Positions 15,591 to 28,944 of a stretch of DNA of 64,000 nt are shown here, piece by piece (the stretch's first letter is position 1; each line of letters begins with the position of its first letter). Source of the DNA: Planctomycetota bacterium (lineage in GTDB: Bacteria > Planctomycetota > Brocadiia > Brocadiales > Bathyanammoxibiaceae); the NCBI GenBank assembly GCA_016209685.1, contig JACQVQ010000006.1, forward strand, positions 3,184 through 67,183, given 5' to 3'. The notes beneath the pieces were generated by a model. The model saw only the letters and a list, made by a program, of their open reading frames with translations. It did not search any database and was not told the DNA's origin. The translations under genes were made by a program, and so were the position numbers.

Positions 15591-18230
15591 ATGACAACCT
15601 TAGAGGTACCAGTCCCCGCCCTTGAACTGGCGGGCGGACTGGACAGAAACCAGGCCCTGCAGAGACTCAAGGACTTCCTCCAGAGGGAAAAGGCCCAGAC
15701 CTTCCAACTCCATCAACAGGGGGCCTCCGGCCGGCTGGTAGCGACCCGCCTGGCCAGGCTCGTAGATACTGCAATAAACTTCACCCATGCCTATGCCCTA
15801 GAAGACACCCCGCCTCCTGCCCCCCTGGCCTGGATCGCCACCGGTGGATATGGCCGTGGGGAACTCAACCCCTTCTCTGACATAAGCCTGATGCTTTTCC
15901 ATCAGGACGCCCCCGCAGACTCCGTGGAAAGACTGGCTGGTAGTGCTACCTCCCTGCTCAAGGAGGCGGGGCTTACCGTGTCCCTTTCATGTCGCACCCC
16001 CCAGGCCTGCCTTAAGGCCATGGAGGGAGACCCCCTCACTGCCTGCGCCCTACTGGAGGGGCGCTGGGTGGCTGGGGAAAAGGACCTCTTCCGGTCCTTT
16101 GAAAAGGAGGTTCTAGAGGCCTTTTTCTCCAGGCACTGGTTTTCCTTCCTGCGGGACAGGATAGAGGAGCAACAGGCCCGTCATGGGGCAAAAGGGACCT
16201 CCCCTTACCTGGTAGAATCCAACCTCGTGTCTACCCCTGGCGGGCTAAGGGATATCCACCTGCTATTCTGGACAAAAAGACTAGCCGAGGTACTACCCAC
16301 GCGGAGGGAACTTATCCCCTCCCTCAAAGAAAAGGAATACCAGGGCCTCCTGGAGGCCCACGACTTACTCCTCCGCCTCCGTACCCAGCTGCACCTCCTC
16401 TCCAACAAGAAATACGACCTCTTTGACCGCTCCCTCCACGAACCTGCGGCCTCGGCCTTTGGCTATAAGCAAGAAGACGGTCTGCCCGCCGCCACCGGAT
16501 TGATGCGGGATTACTTCCGCACCGTAGCCAGGGTCTGCCACCTGACAAGGAGCATACAAAGCCGCTTTGAAGACCTAAAACCCTCCTCACAGCGTGCCAC
16601 CTTCTTCCGCAGGCCCCTGGGAAGCGACTTCGTGGCCATGGGAAAGCGACTTTACTTTGCTAAACCAGCCGAGCCTCTGGATGCCCACTGGAAGCTCCTG
16701 GAGACGTTCCTGGTAGCCCAGAGACATCACCTGGAGCTCTGTCAGCAGGTGCTGGAACACGTCAGAGAGAACCTCCGCCTGGTAGACGACGGCCTTCGCT
16801 CAGACCCTCAGGCCGCGCGGTGCTTCCTCGGTATCCTGGAAGGGACTGGCTCCGTTGCCCCTATCCTCCGTCAGATGCGGGACTGCGGCCTCCTGGGCGC
16901 CTTTTTGCCCGAATTTGAGCCACTCGTTGGTTTTGTCCATTACGAATCTCTCCCCACGTACACCGTAGACGAGCAGACCCTCCTCGCCCTGGCGGTGATA
17001 GACGAGGTCTGGCTGGCCGAGTCAGGTACCGCTGCACAGAAACGGCGGCTCCTTGAGGAGACCGGCCACCATGCACTGCTCCGACTGGCCCTGCTCCTGC
17101 ACGACATTGGCAAACCCCGCGGCCCAGGACACCCCCTGCTGGCCGGGGCCATGATACCTACCATCGCCAAACGTTTGTCATTAGGAGAACAGGACGCCAA
17201 ACTCCTCCAATTTCTCGTAGAGAACCACCTGGAGTTGTCCTGCCTCTTTGAGCGTAGAGACCACGGCGAAAAACAGGCCCTGCAGGCCCTGGCCAAACGG
17301 GTGGAAGACCCCATGCGGCTCTCCCTGCTCTATCTCCTCACACACGCCGATATAAAGGCCAGCGACTCCTGGTCTGAATGGAAGGACTCTCTCTTGTGGG
17401 AACTCTATAAAAAGATAGCTGGCCTCCTCTCCCAACAGAGGCCCGAGGCGGCAAGGCCCGTAAGCTTTAAGGAGGGCCTGTTAGAGCTGGCCAGGGGGCA
17501 AGGGCTTGAACAAGAGGCCCTCCGCCACTGCGAGCTTGTGCCCCCTCGGTACGTCCTGGAAGTCAGTCCCCAGGAGGCCGTCTCTCACCTTGAGATGATA
17601 CGTAGCCTGAAGTCCCCCTCCGGTGGGCCTGTTTACCTGCATTCCTCTGAATCAGACCATCTCACGGATATCTGGGTGTGTACGCGGGACATGCCTGCGC
17701 GGTTTACCCAACTCTCCGGCGTATTTACGGCCAAGGGCCTTGACATTATCAGCGCCCAGGCCTACACGAGAAAAGACGGGGTCATCCTGGACCGGTTTCG
17801 CATCGCCGGGCCGGAAGGGAAATCGCTTAAGGATAAAGGCATAAAAGAGCTACAGCAAGACCTGTCCGCCGTCCTGACAGGTCAACTCTCGCTGGTAGAG
17901 CTGTTACGCTCCAGGCAGAGGCGTATGGCCCCCAGTCATCCCCCTGCACCTGGACCTACACGGATATACATAGATAACAACTCCAGCCCTGACTACACCA
18001 TACTGGACGTCGTCAGCCCGGACAGGGTTGGGCTCCTGTACGCCATAAGTAAATGCCTGGCGGACTGTGGCCTGGACATCCACTTTGCAAAGGTGGCCAC
18101 CAAGCTCCACCAGGCCATAGACGTCTTCTACGTAACCCTTAAAGACACACGGACGAAACTCTTTGATGAAGAGGACCTGAAAAGGGTCAAACAGCGACTC
18201 ATGGAGGCTTGTACGGCACCAGGTGAATAG
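15591..18230 (+). CDS. glnD: [Protein-PII] uridylyltransferase/uridylyl-removing enzyme
   Basis: 879 aa. Nucleotidyltransferase motif ATGGYGRGELNPFSDISLM, HD domain LLLHDIGKP, and two C-terminal ACT-like domains (IWVCTRDMPARF..., VVSPDRVGLLYAI...). It sits next to glnA. Confidence 0.85.
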   Translation: MTTLEVPVPALELAGGLDRNQALQRLKDFLQREKAQTFQLHQQGASGRLVATRLARLVDTAINFTHAYALEDTPPPAPLAWIATGGYGRGELNPFSDISLMLFHQDAPADSVERLAGSATSLLKEAGLTVSLSCRTPQACLKAMEGDPLTACALLEGRWVAGEKDLFRSFEKEVLEAFFSRHWFSFLRDRIEEQQARHGAKGTSPYLVESNLVSTPGGLRDIHLLFWTKRLAEVLPTRRELIPSLKEKEYQGLLEAHDLLLRLRTQLHLLSNKKYDLFDRSLHEPAASAFGYKQEDGLPAATGLMRDYFRTVARVCHLTRSIQSRFEDLKPSSQRATFFRRPLGSDFVAMGKRLYFAKPAEPLDAHWKLLETFLVAQRHHLELCQQVLEHVRENLRLVDDGLRSDPQAARCFLGILEGTGSVAPILRQMRDCGLLGAFLPEFEPLVGFVHYESLPTYTVDEQTLLALAVIDEVWLAESGTAAQKRRLLEETGHHALLRLALLLHDIGKPRGPGHPLLAGAMIPTIAKRLSLGEQDAKLLQFLVENHLELSCLFERRDHGEKQALQALAKRVEDPMRLSLLYLLTHADIKASDSWSEWKDSLLWELYKKIAGLLSQQRPEAARPVSFKEGLLELARGQGLEQEALRHCELVPPRYVLEVSPQEAVSHLEMIRSLKSPSGGPVYLHSSESDHLTDIWVCTRDMPARFTQLSGVFTAKGLDIISAQAYTRKDGVILDRFRIAGPEGKSLKDKGIKELQQDLSAVLTGQLSLVELLRSRQRRMAPSHPPAPGPTRIYIDNNSSPDYTILDVVSPDRVGLLYAISKCLADCGLDIHFAKVATKLHQAIDVFYVTLKDTRTKLFDEEDLKRVKQRLMEACTAPGE

Positions 18231-19368
18231 AATCTACCTAGACAATAGTACCACCACACGGCTAGACCCCCTGGTACTAGAAGAAATGCTGCCCCTCCTC
18301 CAGGCGGGATGGGGTAGCACCGCCCAGATACACTCCTTTGGCAGGGAGGCAAGAAAGGCCCTGGAAGGGGCCCGCGGCCGTATCGTGCAGACCCTGGGCG
18401 TAATGCCGGAGGAGATAATCTTTACCTGTGGCGGGACGGAGGCAAACAATCTCGCCCTTCTCGGCACGGCCCGCAGTCTGGGTTACAAGGGCCACGTCAT
18501 CACCTCTCAGGTAGAACACCCGTCCGTCCTGGAGACCATAAAGGCACTGCAGGCGGAGGGGCACGATGTTACGCTTCTCCCCGTGGGTAGAGAAGGGCTG
18601 GTTGCCCCGGAGGACGTGAAAAAGGCCATTACTAAAAAAACTTTCCTCATTTCCATACTCTTTGCGGAGGGAGAGACGGGGGCCCTCCAGCCCATAGAAG
18701 AGATTGCCCCTCTGGCTAAGGAAAGGGGCATTTTGTTCCACACTGATGCCTGCCTGGCGGTGGGGAAGGTCCGGCTACCACTGGAAGGGCCTGGCATAGA
18801 CCTCCTCAGCGTATCTGCCCACAAGTTTCACGGCCCTATGGGTGTGGGCGCACTGTTCGTCCGGGCCGGAACCCGGCTCAAGCCCATCTTGTTTGGTGGA
18901 GCGGAGGAGCGGGGGCTCCGCCCGGGCCCTGGTTCCCCCGCCCTGGTCGTGGGTATGGCGAGGGCGATGGAACTAGCCGAAGAACAACTCAACACGGGCA
19001 TCCCAAAACTGCGACTCCTTGAAGGGCAGCTCCTGAACGGTATCAAGGGGGTTCTTGGGGGCGTCCTGCTTAACGGCCCATCCCATGCCCGTCTTCCGGG
19101 CCACTTGTCCCTCTGTTTCCCTGGGCTGGAGGCAGAACCCCTGTTGCTTAGTCTGGACTTAGAAGGGCTGGCCGTTGGTGCCGGAAATCCTTGTGCCTCG
19201 GGGGCCATGGAGGCCGCTACTACCCTCCTGGCTATGGGGCTATCCAGGGAATCGGCCCTGTCTTCCCTGCGCTTTTCTTTATCAAGGTTTAATACCTCCG
19301 CTGAGGTGGTTCGTACCGTGAAGGTGCTCTCCACGGTCACTGCCCGCATGCGGACGGTATGTGTTTGA
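18223..19368 (+). CDS. Cysteine desulfurase (NifS/IscS-like class V aminotransferase)
   Basis: IYLDNSTTT N-terminus, PLP-lysine motif SAHKFHGPMGVGALF, and an active-site Cys in GNPCASGA. The GTG start overlaps the glnD stop, and the stop lies 11 nt before the dnaA ATG. Confidence 0.85.
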   Translation: MNRIYLDNSTTTRLDPLVLEEMLPLLQAGWGSTAQIHSFGREARKALEGARGRIVQTLGVMPEEIIFTCGGTEANNLALLGTARSLGYKGHVITSQVEHPSVLETIKALQAEGHDVTLLPVGREGLVAPEDVKKAITKKTFLISILFAEGETGALQPIEEIAPLAKERGILFHTDACLAVGKVRLPLEGPGIDLLSVSAHKFHGPMGVGALFVRAGTRLKPILFGGAEERGLRPGPGSPALVVGMARAMELAEEQLNTGIPKLRLLEGQLLNGIKGVLGGVLLNGPSHARLPGHLSLCFPGLEAEPLLLSLDLEGLAVGAGNPCASGAMEAATTLLAMGLSRESALSSLRFSLSRFNTSAEVVRTVKVLSTVTARMRTVCV

Positions 19369-19378
19369 GGGTTTAGAC

Positions 19379-20710
19379 ATGGTTCAGGATATTGGTACAA
19401 TCTGGCCTAAAGTTCTTGACGAACTGAAGAATCGGGTAACGGAACAACAATTCAAGACCTGGTTCAGCCACTTAGAACCGGAGGGCCTGCAGGGGGCTAA
19501 AGTAGAACTCCGTGTCCCCGGGCCTATTTACAAGGACTGGCTGGCCCATCGTTATAAACCCCTCCTAGAGGAGGTCTTCTCGTCCGTCTCCCAAGAGCCT
19601 GTACGCATAGCCTTTACACTCAGCAGCGACCCTCCTGCCTCCTCGCTGGGCATCTCCGGAGGAGCGGAGAAGGCGACCCCCGTTCCCCTGCAGGTCTACC
19701 TTAACAAGAGATACACCTTTGAGAATTTCGTTGCGGACCATAGTAACCGTCTGGCACATGCTGCCGCCCTTTCCGTCGTCTCCTCTCCGGGGTACACTTA
19801 TAACCCCCTGTTCATATGCGGCGGCCCCGGTACGGGCAAGAGTCATCTGCTCCAGGCGATATACTTTGCCCTCCTTTCAAAGGGTGCGAAGGTCCTGTAT
19901 ATCCCATGCGATGGTTTCGTCTCCCATTTCGTCTTCGCACTCCGCAACCAACAGGTAGAACGGTTCAGAAAGGCCTACCGGGAGTTAGACGCTCTACTGT
20001 TGGATAACGTAGAGCAACTTGCTAACTCTCCTGCTTCGCGAGAAGAGCTTTTTCATACCTTTAATGCCCTGTTCAACAATCAGAGACAGCTCGTCTTTGC
20101 TGCCGGTTGTTCCCCGGACTCCCTTCCTGGAGTTGAGGCCCGCCTTGTCTCCAGGTTCTCGTGGGGTCTTCTGGCAAGGCTGGAACCTGCGGACACAGAG
20201 ACCCGGGCGGCTATCGTTGGGCGGATGGCCCTTTTCCTCGACCTGCCCCTTTCTAAAGAGGCGGCCTTGTTCCTTGCTGAGAATACCTCCAGCAACATTA
20301 AGGAACTGGAGCGCATCCTGGGGTTCCTTTCTTCTTTGTATCCCTCTGGACACCCCCCTCTCTCCCTACCAGAGGTCAAGGAGCCATTGCTGGGGCTCCT
20401 CCCCACAAAGGGCCATACTGTACATATAGAAGAGATCTTGAGGACGGTTGCTACCTTCTTTAGGATCCCCCGGGTACAACTGCAATCAAAGAGCCGCACT
20501 CGCACCGTCTCTCTTCCTCGTCAGGTTGCGATGTATCTTGCCCGCCGTTTTACCTCCCTGTCCTTGCAAGAGGTCGGGGGATACCTTGGGGGGAGGGACC
20601 ACAGTACAGTAGTCCATGCAGAAAAGAGGATTTTGGCGTTAAAGGCAAGTCGTCCGGACGTAGATAGTCTCATCAGTCAGATAGAGACATTATTACAGGG
20701 GAGGTGTTAG
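19379..20710 (+). CDS. dnaA: Chromosomal replication initiator protein DnaA
   Basis: Motifs IWPKVLDELK...FKTWF, YTFENFV, Walker A GGPGTGKSHL, box VII, and the C-terminal DNA-binding region LPRQVAMYLAR...GGRDHSTVVHA. I chose the ATG at 19379; the maximal ORF starts at GTG 19361. Confidence 0.95.
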   Translation: MVQDIGTIWPKVLDELKNRVTEQQFKTWFSHLEPEGLQGAKVELRVPGPIYKDWLAHRYKPLLEEVFSSVSQEPVRIAFTLSSDPPASSLGISGGAEKATPVPLQVYLNKRYTFENFVADHSNRLAHAAALSVVSSPGYTYNPLFICGGPGTGKSHLLQAIYFALLSKGAKVLYIPCDGFVSHFVFALRNQQVERFRKAYRELDALLLDNVEQLANSPASREELFHTFNALFNNQRQLVFAAGCSPDSLPGVEARLVSRFSWGLLARLEPADTETRAAIVGRMALFLDLPLSKEAALFLAENTSSNIKELERILGFLSSLYPSGHPPLSLPEVKEPLLGLLPTKGHTVHIEEILRTVATFFRIPRVQLQSKSRTRTVSLPRQVAMYLARRFTSLSLQEVGGYLGGRDHSTVVHAEKRILALKASRPDVDSLISQIETLLQGRC

Positions 20711-20981
20711 TACTTTGTTCTTTCTCTGTTGCTTTTCTGTTCTTTCTCTGTCTCCTTTTTTTCTCCCTCTTCTCTCTTTTGTCTCTTTAGGATGTCTTGT
20801 AGCTAGCGGAGGAGCACCTTCTGCCGTTTTTCTAACACACTCTTTCCATTATTAACTCAATAGTTGCACGTGACTTGGGACAAAAACGAAACAAGATTTC
20901 AACATCCCTGGGCTGCCTTAGGGTTAAGAATTAGGTAAAAAGAAACCAAAACTAAATATAAGAAGAGAGAGGATAACAACC
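20711..20981. other. dnaA-dnaN intergenic region; candidate oriC or part of it
   Basis: This is the only sizeable non-coding DNA adjacent to dnaA, since the upstream gene abuts dnaA. It contains a pyrimidine tract and an A+T-rich 3' part (aagaattaggtaaaaagaaaccaaaactaaatataagaag). I could not confirm consensus DnaA boxes by eye. Confidence 0.3.
20713..20788. repeat. Strand-asymmetric polypyrimidine tract with an internal 13-nt direct repeat
   Basis: By hand count, the 76 nt on the + strand contain 70 C/T, 6 G and 0 A. GTTCTTTCTCTGT occurs at 20717..20729 and 20739..20751. Confidence 0.85.
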
Positions 20982-22088
20982 ATGAAACTTTCTTGCCGAA
21001 GATCCGTACTTACGGAAGGACTACAGCTTTTAAGCCATGTGACTTCTGGAACAACAACGAAACCTATTTTACAGGCGGTGAAAATAGAAGCTACCGAAAA
21101 CAAGGCTATCTTGGAGGCAACGGACCTGGAGATTGGGGTCCGGTATCTCTTGGAGCCAGTGGAGGTACAAGAGAAAGGTGTTGTCGTGCTTCAAGAGGGG
21201 AGACTTGCAGAATTACTTCGAGAGTGGCCGGAGGAACAGGTTTGTATGGAGCTGAAGGGGGCAATGTGTCATATCTCAGGGAGAGGGGGGGCGTTCAAGA
21301 TGGTAGGATATGACCCGAAGGAGTTCCCCACAATCCCCGATGTGATAGAAAAAGGGGCAATGGAGATAGAGGCTGGAGAATTAGTAGAGATGATTAGAAA
21401 GGTAGCTTTTGCCTGTGCTAGTGAGAGGGTAAGGCACACGATGACGGGAGTACTGTTTCAGGTAGAAGCAGGCGTCCTAAGGATGGTAGCAACGGACGGA
21501 AGAAGGCTGGCAAGTGCAAGGGAGAAAAAGGCAGTGAGTGGAAGAGTCCCCATGGAGGGAATAGTTCCAAGAAAGGGGATAGAGCAGTTAGCAAGAATTG
21601 CAGAGAGACAGGAAGGAAAGATACGGCTAAAGATGGAGGAGACGCACCTTCTTGCCGCGAGCGATAAAGCCACCCTTTGTGTACAGCTCATAGAAGGACA
21701 GTATCCAAACTATAAGGAGGCCATCCCGGCAAATAACGATAAAAGGGTTGAGGTAGATGCCGAGGTACTTGCGGGGGCCATAAGAAGAGCCTCCATTCTG
21801 ACGACAGAAGAGAGACGCCTCGTGCGGCTAGGGCTACAAAAGGGAGGAATCTCTGTAGAGGTAGAGACCCCGGAGGTAGGAGAGGCAAAGGTAAACATAG
21901 ATGCTGACTATGCAGGAGAGAACTTAGAGATAGGGTTTAATCCAGACTTCCTCCTGGATGCCCTTAAGGCTATTGGGAAGGGAACCGTACACCTGGAGTT
22001 TAAGGAGGCCACCTCATCGGCGGCAATAAAGAGCGGGCAGGACTTTATCTACGTAGTCATGCCAATAAGGCTTACGGAGACAAGCTAG
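20982..22088 (+). CDS. dnaN: DNA polymerase III beta sliding clamp
   Basis: 368 aa with typical N-terminus and length, PILQAVKIEA, the three-domain clamp pattern, and a position directly after dnaA. Confidence 0.93.
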   Translation: MKLSCRRSVLTEGLQLLSHVTSGTTTKPILQAVKIEATENKAILEATDLEIGVRYLLEPVEVQEKGVVVLQEGRLAELLREWPEEQVCMELKGAMCHISGRGGAFKMVGYDPKEFPTIPDVIEKGAMEIEAGELVEMIRKVAFACASERVRHTMTGVLFQVEAGVLRMVATDGRRLASAREKKAVSGRVPMEGIVPRKGIEQLARIAERQEGKIRLKMEETHLLAASDKATLCVQLIEGQYPNYKEAIPANNDKRVEVDAEVLAGAIRRASILTTEERRLVRLGLQKGGISVEVETPEVGEAKVNIDADYAGENLEIGFNPDFLLDALKAIGKGTVHLEFKEATSSAAIKSGQDFIYVVMPIRLTETS

Positions 22089-27420
<5,332 letters not shown>

Positions 27421-27434
27421 GGGAGGGCCTGACA

Positions 27435-28919
27435 ATGGGCCTTTTCTCCTCAGAGTATGAGCGGCTAGTAAGATTGGTTTTAACGCCCGCTGTCTTTGAA
27501 CAGGAAGGGGTCAGCCGGCAGATTACGGAGGAGGTGGTGCGCTGTCTGTGGTACGGCAGGCACTTCCTTCAAGGGAGGCTTCATACTGAGGATGGTTCCC
27601 GTCTGGAGGTCCTCTCCCCAGGCCGGTGGAACAAGGGGGGCGGGCCAGACCACGCAAATGCGGAGATACTGCTGGAGGGCAGGGGGCACCTGAAGGGGGA
27701 CGTAGAGGTCCACCTACTATCCTCCGATTGGCGACGGCACGGGCACGACAAGCAAGAGGGTTACACCAGGGTATGCCTACATGTAGTCTTCTGGAATGAT
27801 GAGGGCGGGGGCTTTGTCAAAGACCTCCACGGTAGGGATATACCCCAGCTAGCACTCTCCAGACACATTAACCTCCCGGTGGAAGAACTGCCGGGGCCAT
27901 GCCAGGAATTACTCCAGCAACGGGCCAGGTACGAACACTGGCTCGGCCATCTACTTGAGCAGGCGGGGGACCAGCGGATAATTGCCAGGGCACAAAGGAT
28001 GGAGGGGCGTCTTGAGGGGCAGTCTTTTGAAGAGATACTGTACCGTAGCCTTATGGAGGCCATGGGGTACAAGAGCAATGTGGTAGGCTTCTCCCTCCTT
28101 GCAAGCCGTGTCAGCCTGGGAGACCTCCGCCGTTTGGTGCCGGTGGATGCTAATGAAAGGGAGACCGCCTCCTGGATACAGGCCCTCCTCCTCGGGGCGT
28201 CAGGGATACTACAAAAGTGGTCTAATAAGGATTTCCAGGATAAGGAGAGCAAAAGGTATTTTGCCTCTGTTTGTGGGCTGTGGAAGGGGCTTCAAGGGAA
28301 GTGGTCAGGAGAGATGCTCTCCCCCGAGGTATGGCGATGGGAAGGTACCCGTCCATTTAATTCCCCTCCCAGGAGGCTGGCTGCCATGAGCGCCCTATTG
28401 GCAAGGGGCCTTGAAAAGGGCCTGTTCAGGGAATTTTTATCCCCACTTGAGGAGGCAAAAGGCGGAGATAAAGGGGACGTGCGAGGGGTAATAAAGAAAC
28501 TGGAGACCATCTTCCTTAGCCTGGAAGACCCCTTTTGGTCTTATCATCTGGTCCTCGGCGGGAATAGGCGTAAGACCCCGGCCAGACTGGTGGGGCGTGA
28601 GCGGATGGCCATCCTGTTGATAAATGTCATTATTCCACTCCTGCTCCTCTACGCCAGGAGGCATGAGGATAAGGAGACGGAAGGGGTACTCCACGAGATA
28701 TATAGCCAATACCCCAGGCTACAGCCCGACAGCATCGTAAGGTTTATGACCGAGCGGATAGTCCCCGAAAAGTCCGCAAAGATTGTTAACTCTGCCCGCC
28801 GACAACAGGGCCTCCACCAGCTATACAGAGACTTCTGCCAGAGGGGGGACGTGAGGTGTGATAGGTGCGGGTTTTATTTGGCACTTGGGGATAGGGGGCG
28901 GCGGCCGTTTTCGTTGTAG
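27435..28919 (+). CDS. DUF2851 family protein
   Basis: LEVLSPGRWNKGGGPDHANAEILLEG...GDVEVHLLSSDWRRHGHDKQEGYTRVCLHVVFW matches the DUF2851 N-terminal signature as recalled. The C-terminal motif CDRCGF is present. Confidence 0.7.
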   Translation: MGLFSSEYERLVRLVLTPAVFEQEGVSRQITEEVVRCLWYGRHFLQGRLHTEDGSRLEVLSPGRWNKGGGPDHANAEILLEGRGHLKGDVEVHLLSSDWRRHGHDKQEGYTRVCLHVVFWNDEGGGFVKDLHGRDIPQLALSRHINLPVEELPGPCQELLQQRARYEHWLGHLLEQAGDQRIIARAQRMEGRLEGQSFEEILYRSLMEAMGYKSNVVGFSLLASRVSLGDLRRLVPVDANERETASWIQALLLGASGILQKWSNKDFQDKESKRYFASVCGLWKGLQGKWSGEMLSPEVWRWEGTRPFNSPPRRLAAMSALLARGLEKGLFREFLSPLEEAKGGDKGDVRGVIKKLETIFLSLEDPFWSYHLVLGGNRRKTPARLVGRERMAILLINVIIPLLLLYARRHEDKETEGVLHEIYSQYPRLQPDSIVRFMTERIVPEKSAKIVNSARRQQGLHQLYRDFCQRGDVRCDRCGFYLALGDRGRRPFSL

Positions 28920-28944
28920 GGGCAGGTTTAAAACCTGCCCCTAC
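28916..28944. repeat. GTAGGGGC...GCCCCTAC palindrome (AGGTTTAAAACCT core); probable bidirectional terminator
   Basis: GTAGGGGCAGGTTTAAAACCTGCCCCTAC. It contains the TAG stop of DUF2851 (28917..28919) and the complement of the rseP stop (28941..28943). Confidence 0.85.

Noticed and set aside
20790-20981. DnaA boxes in the dnaA-dnaN spacer.
   Set aside because: The best by-eye candidates (TCTAACACA, TTATTAACT, GAGGATAAC) match the TTATCCACA consensus at only 5-6 of 9 positions. I therefore annotate the region only as a low-confidence oriC candidate.
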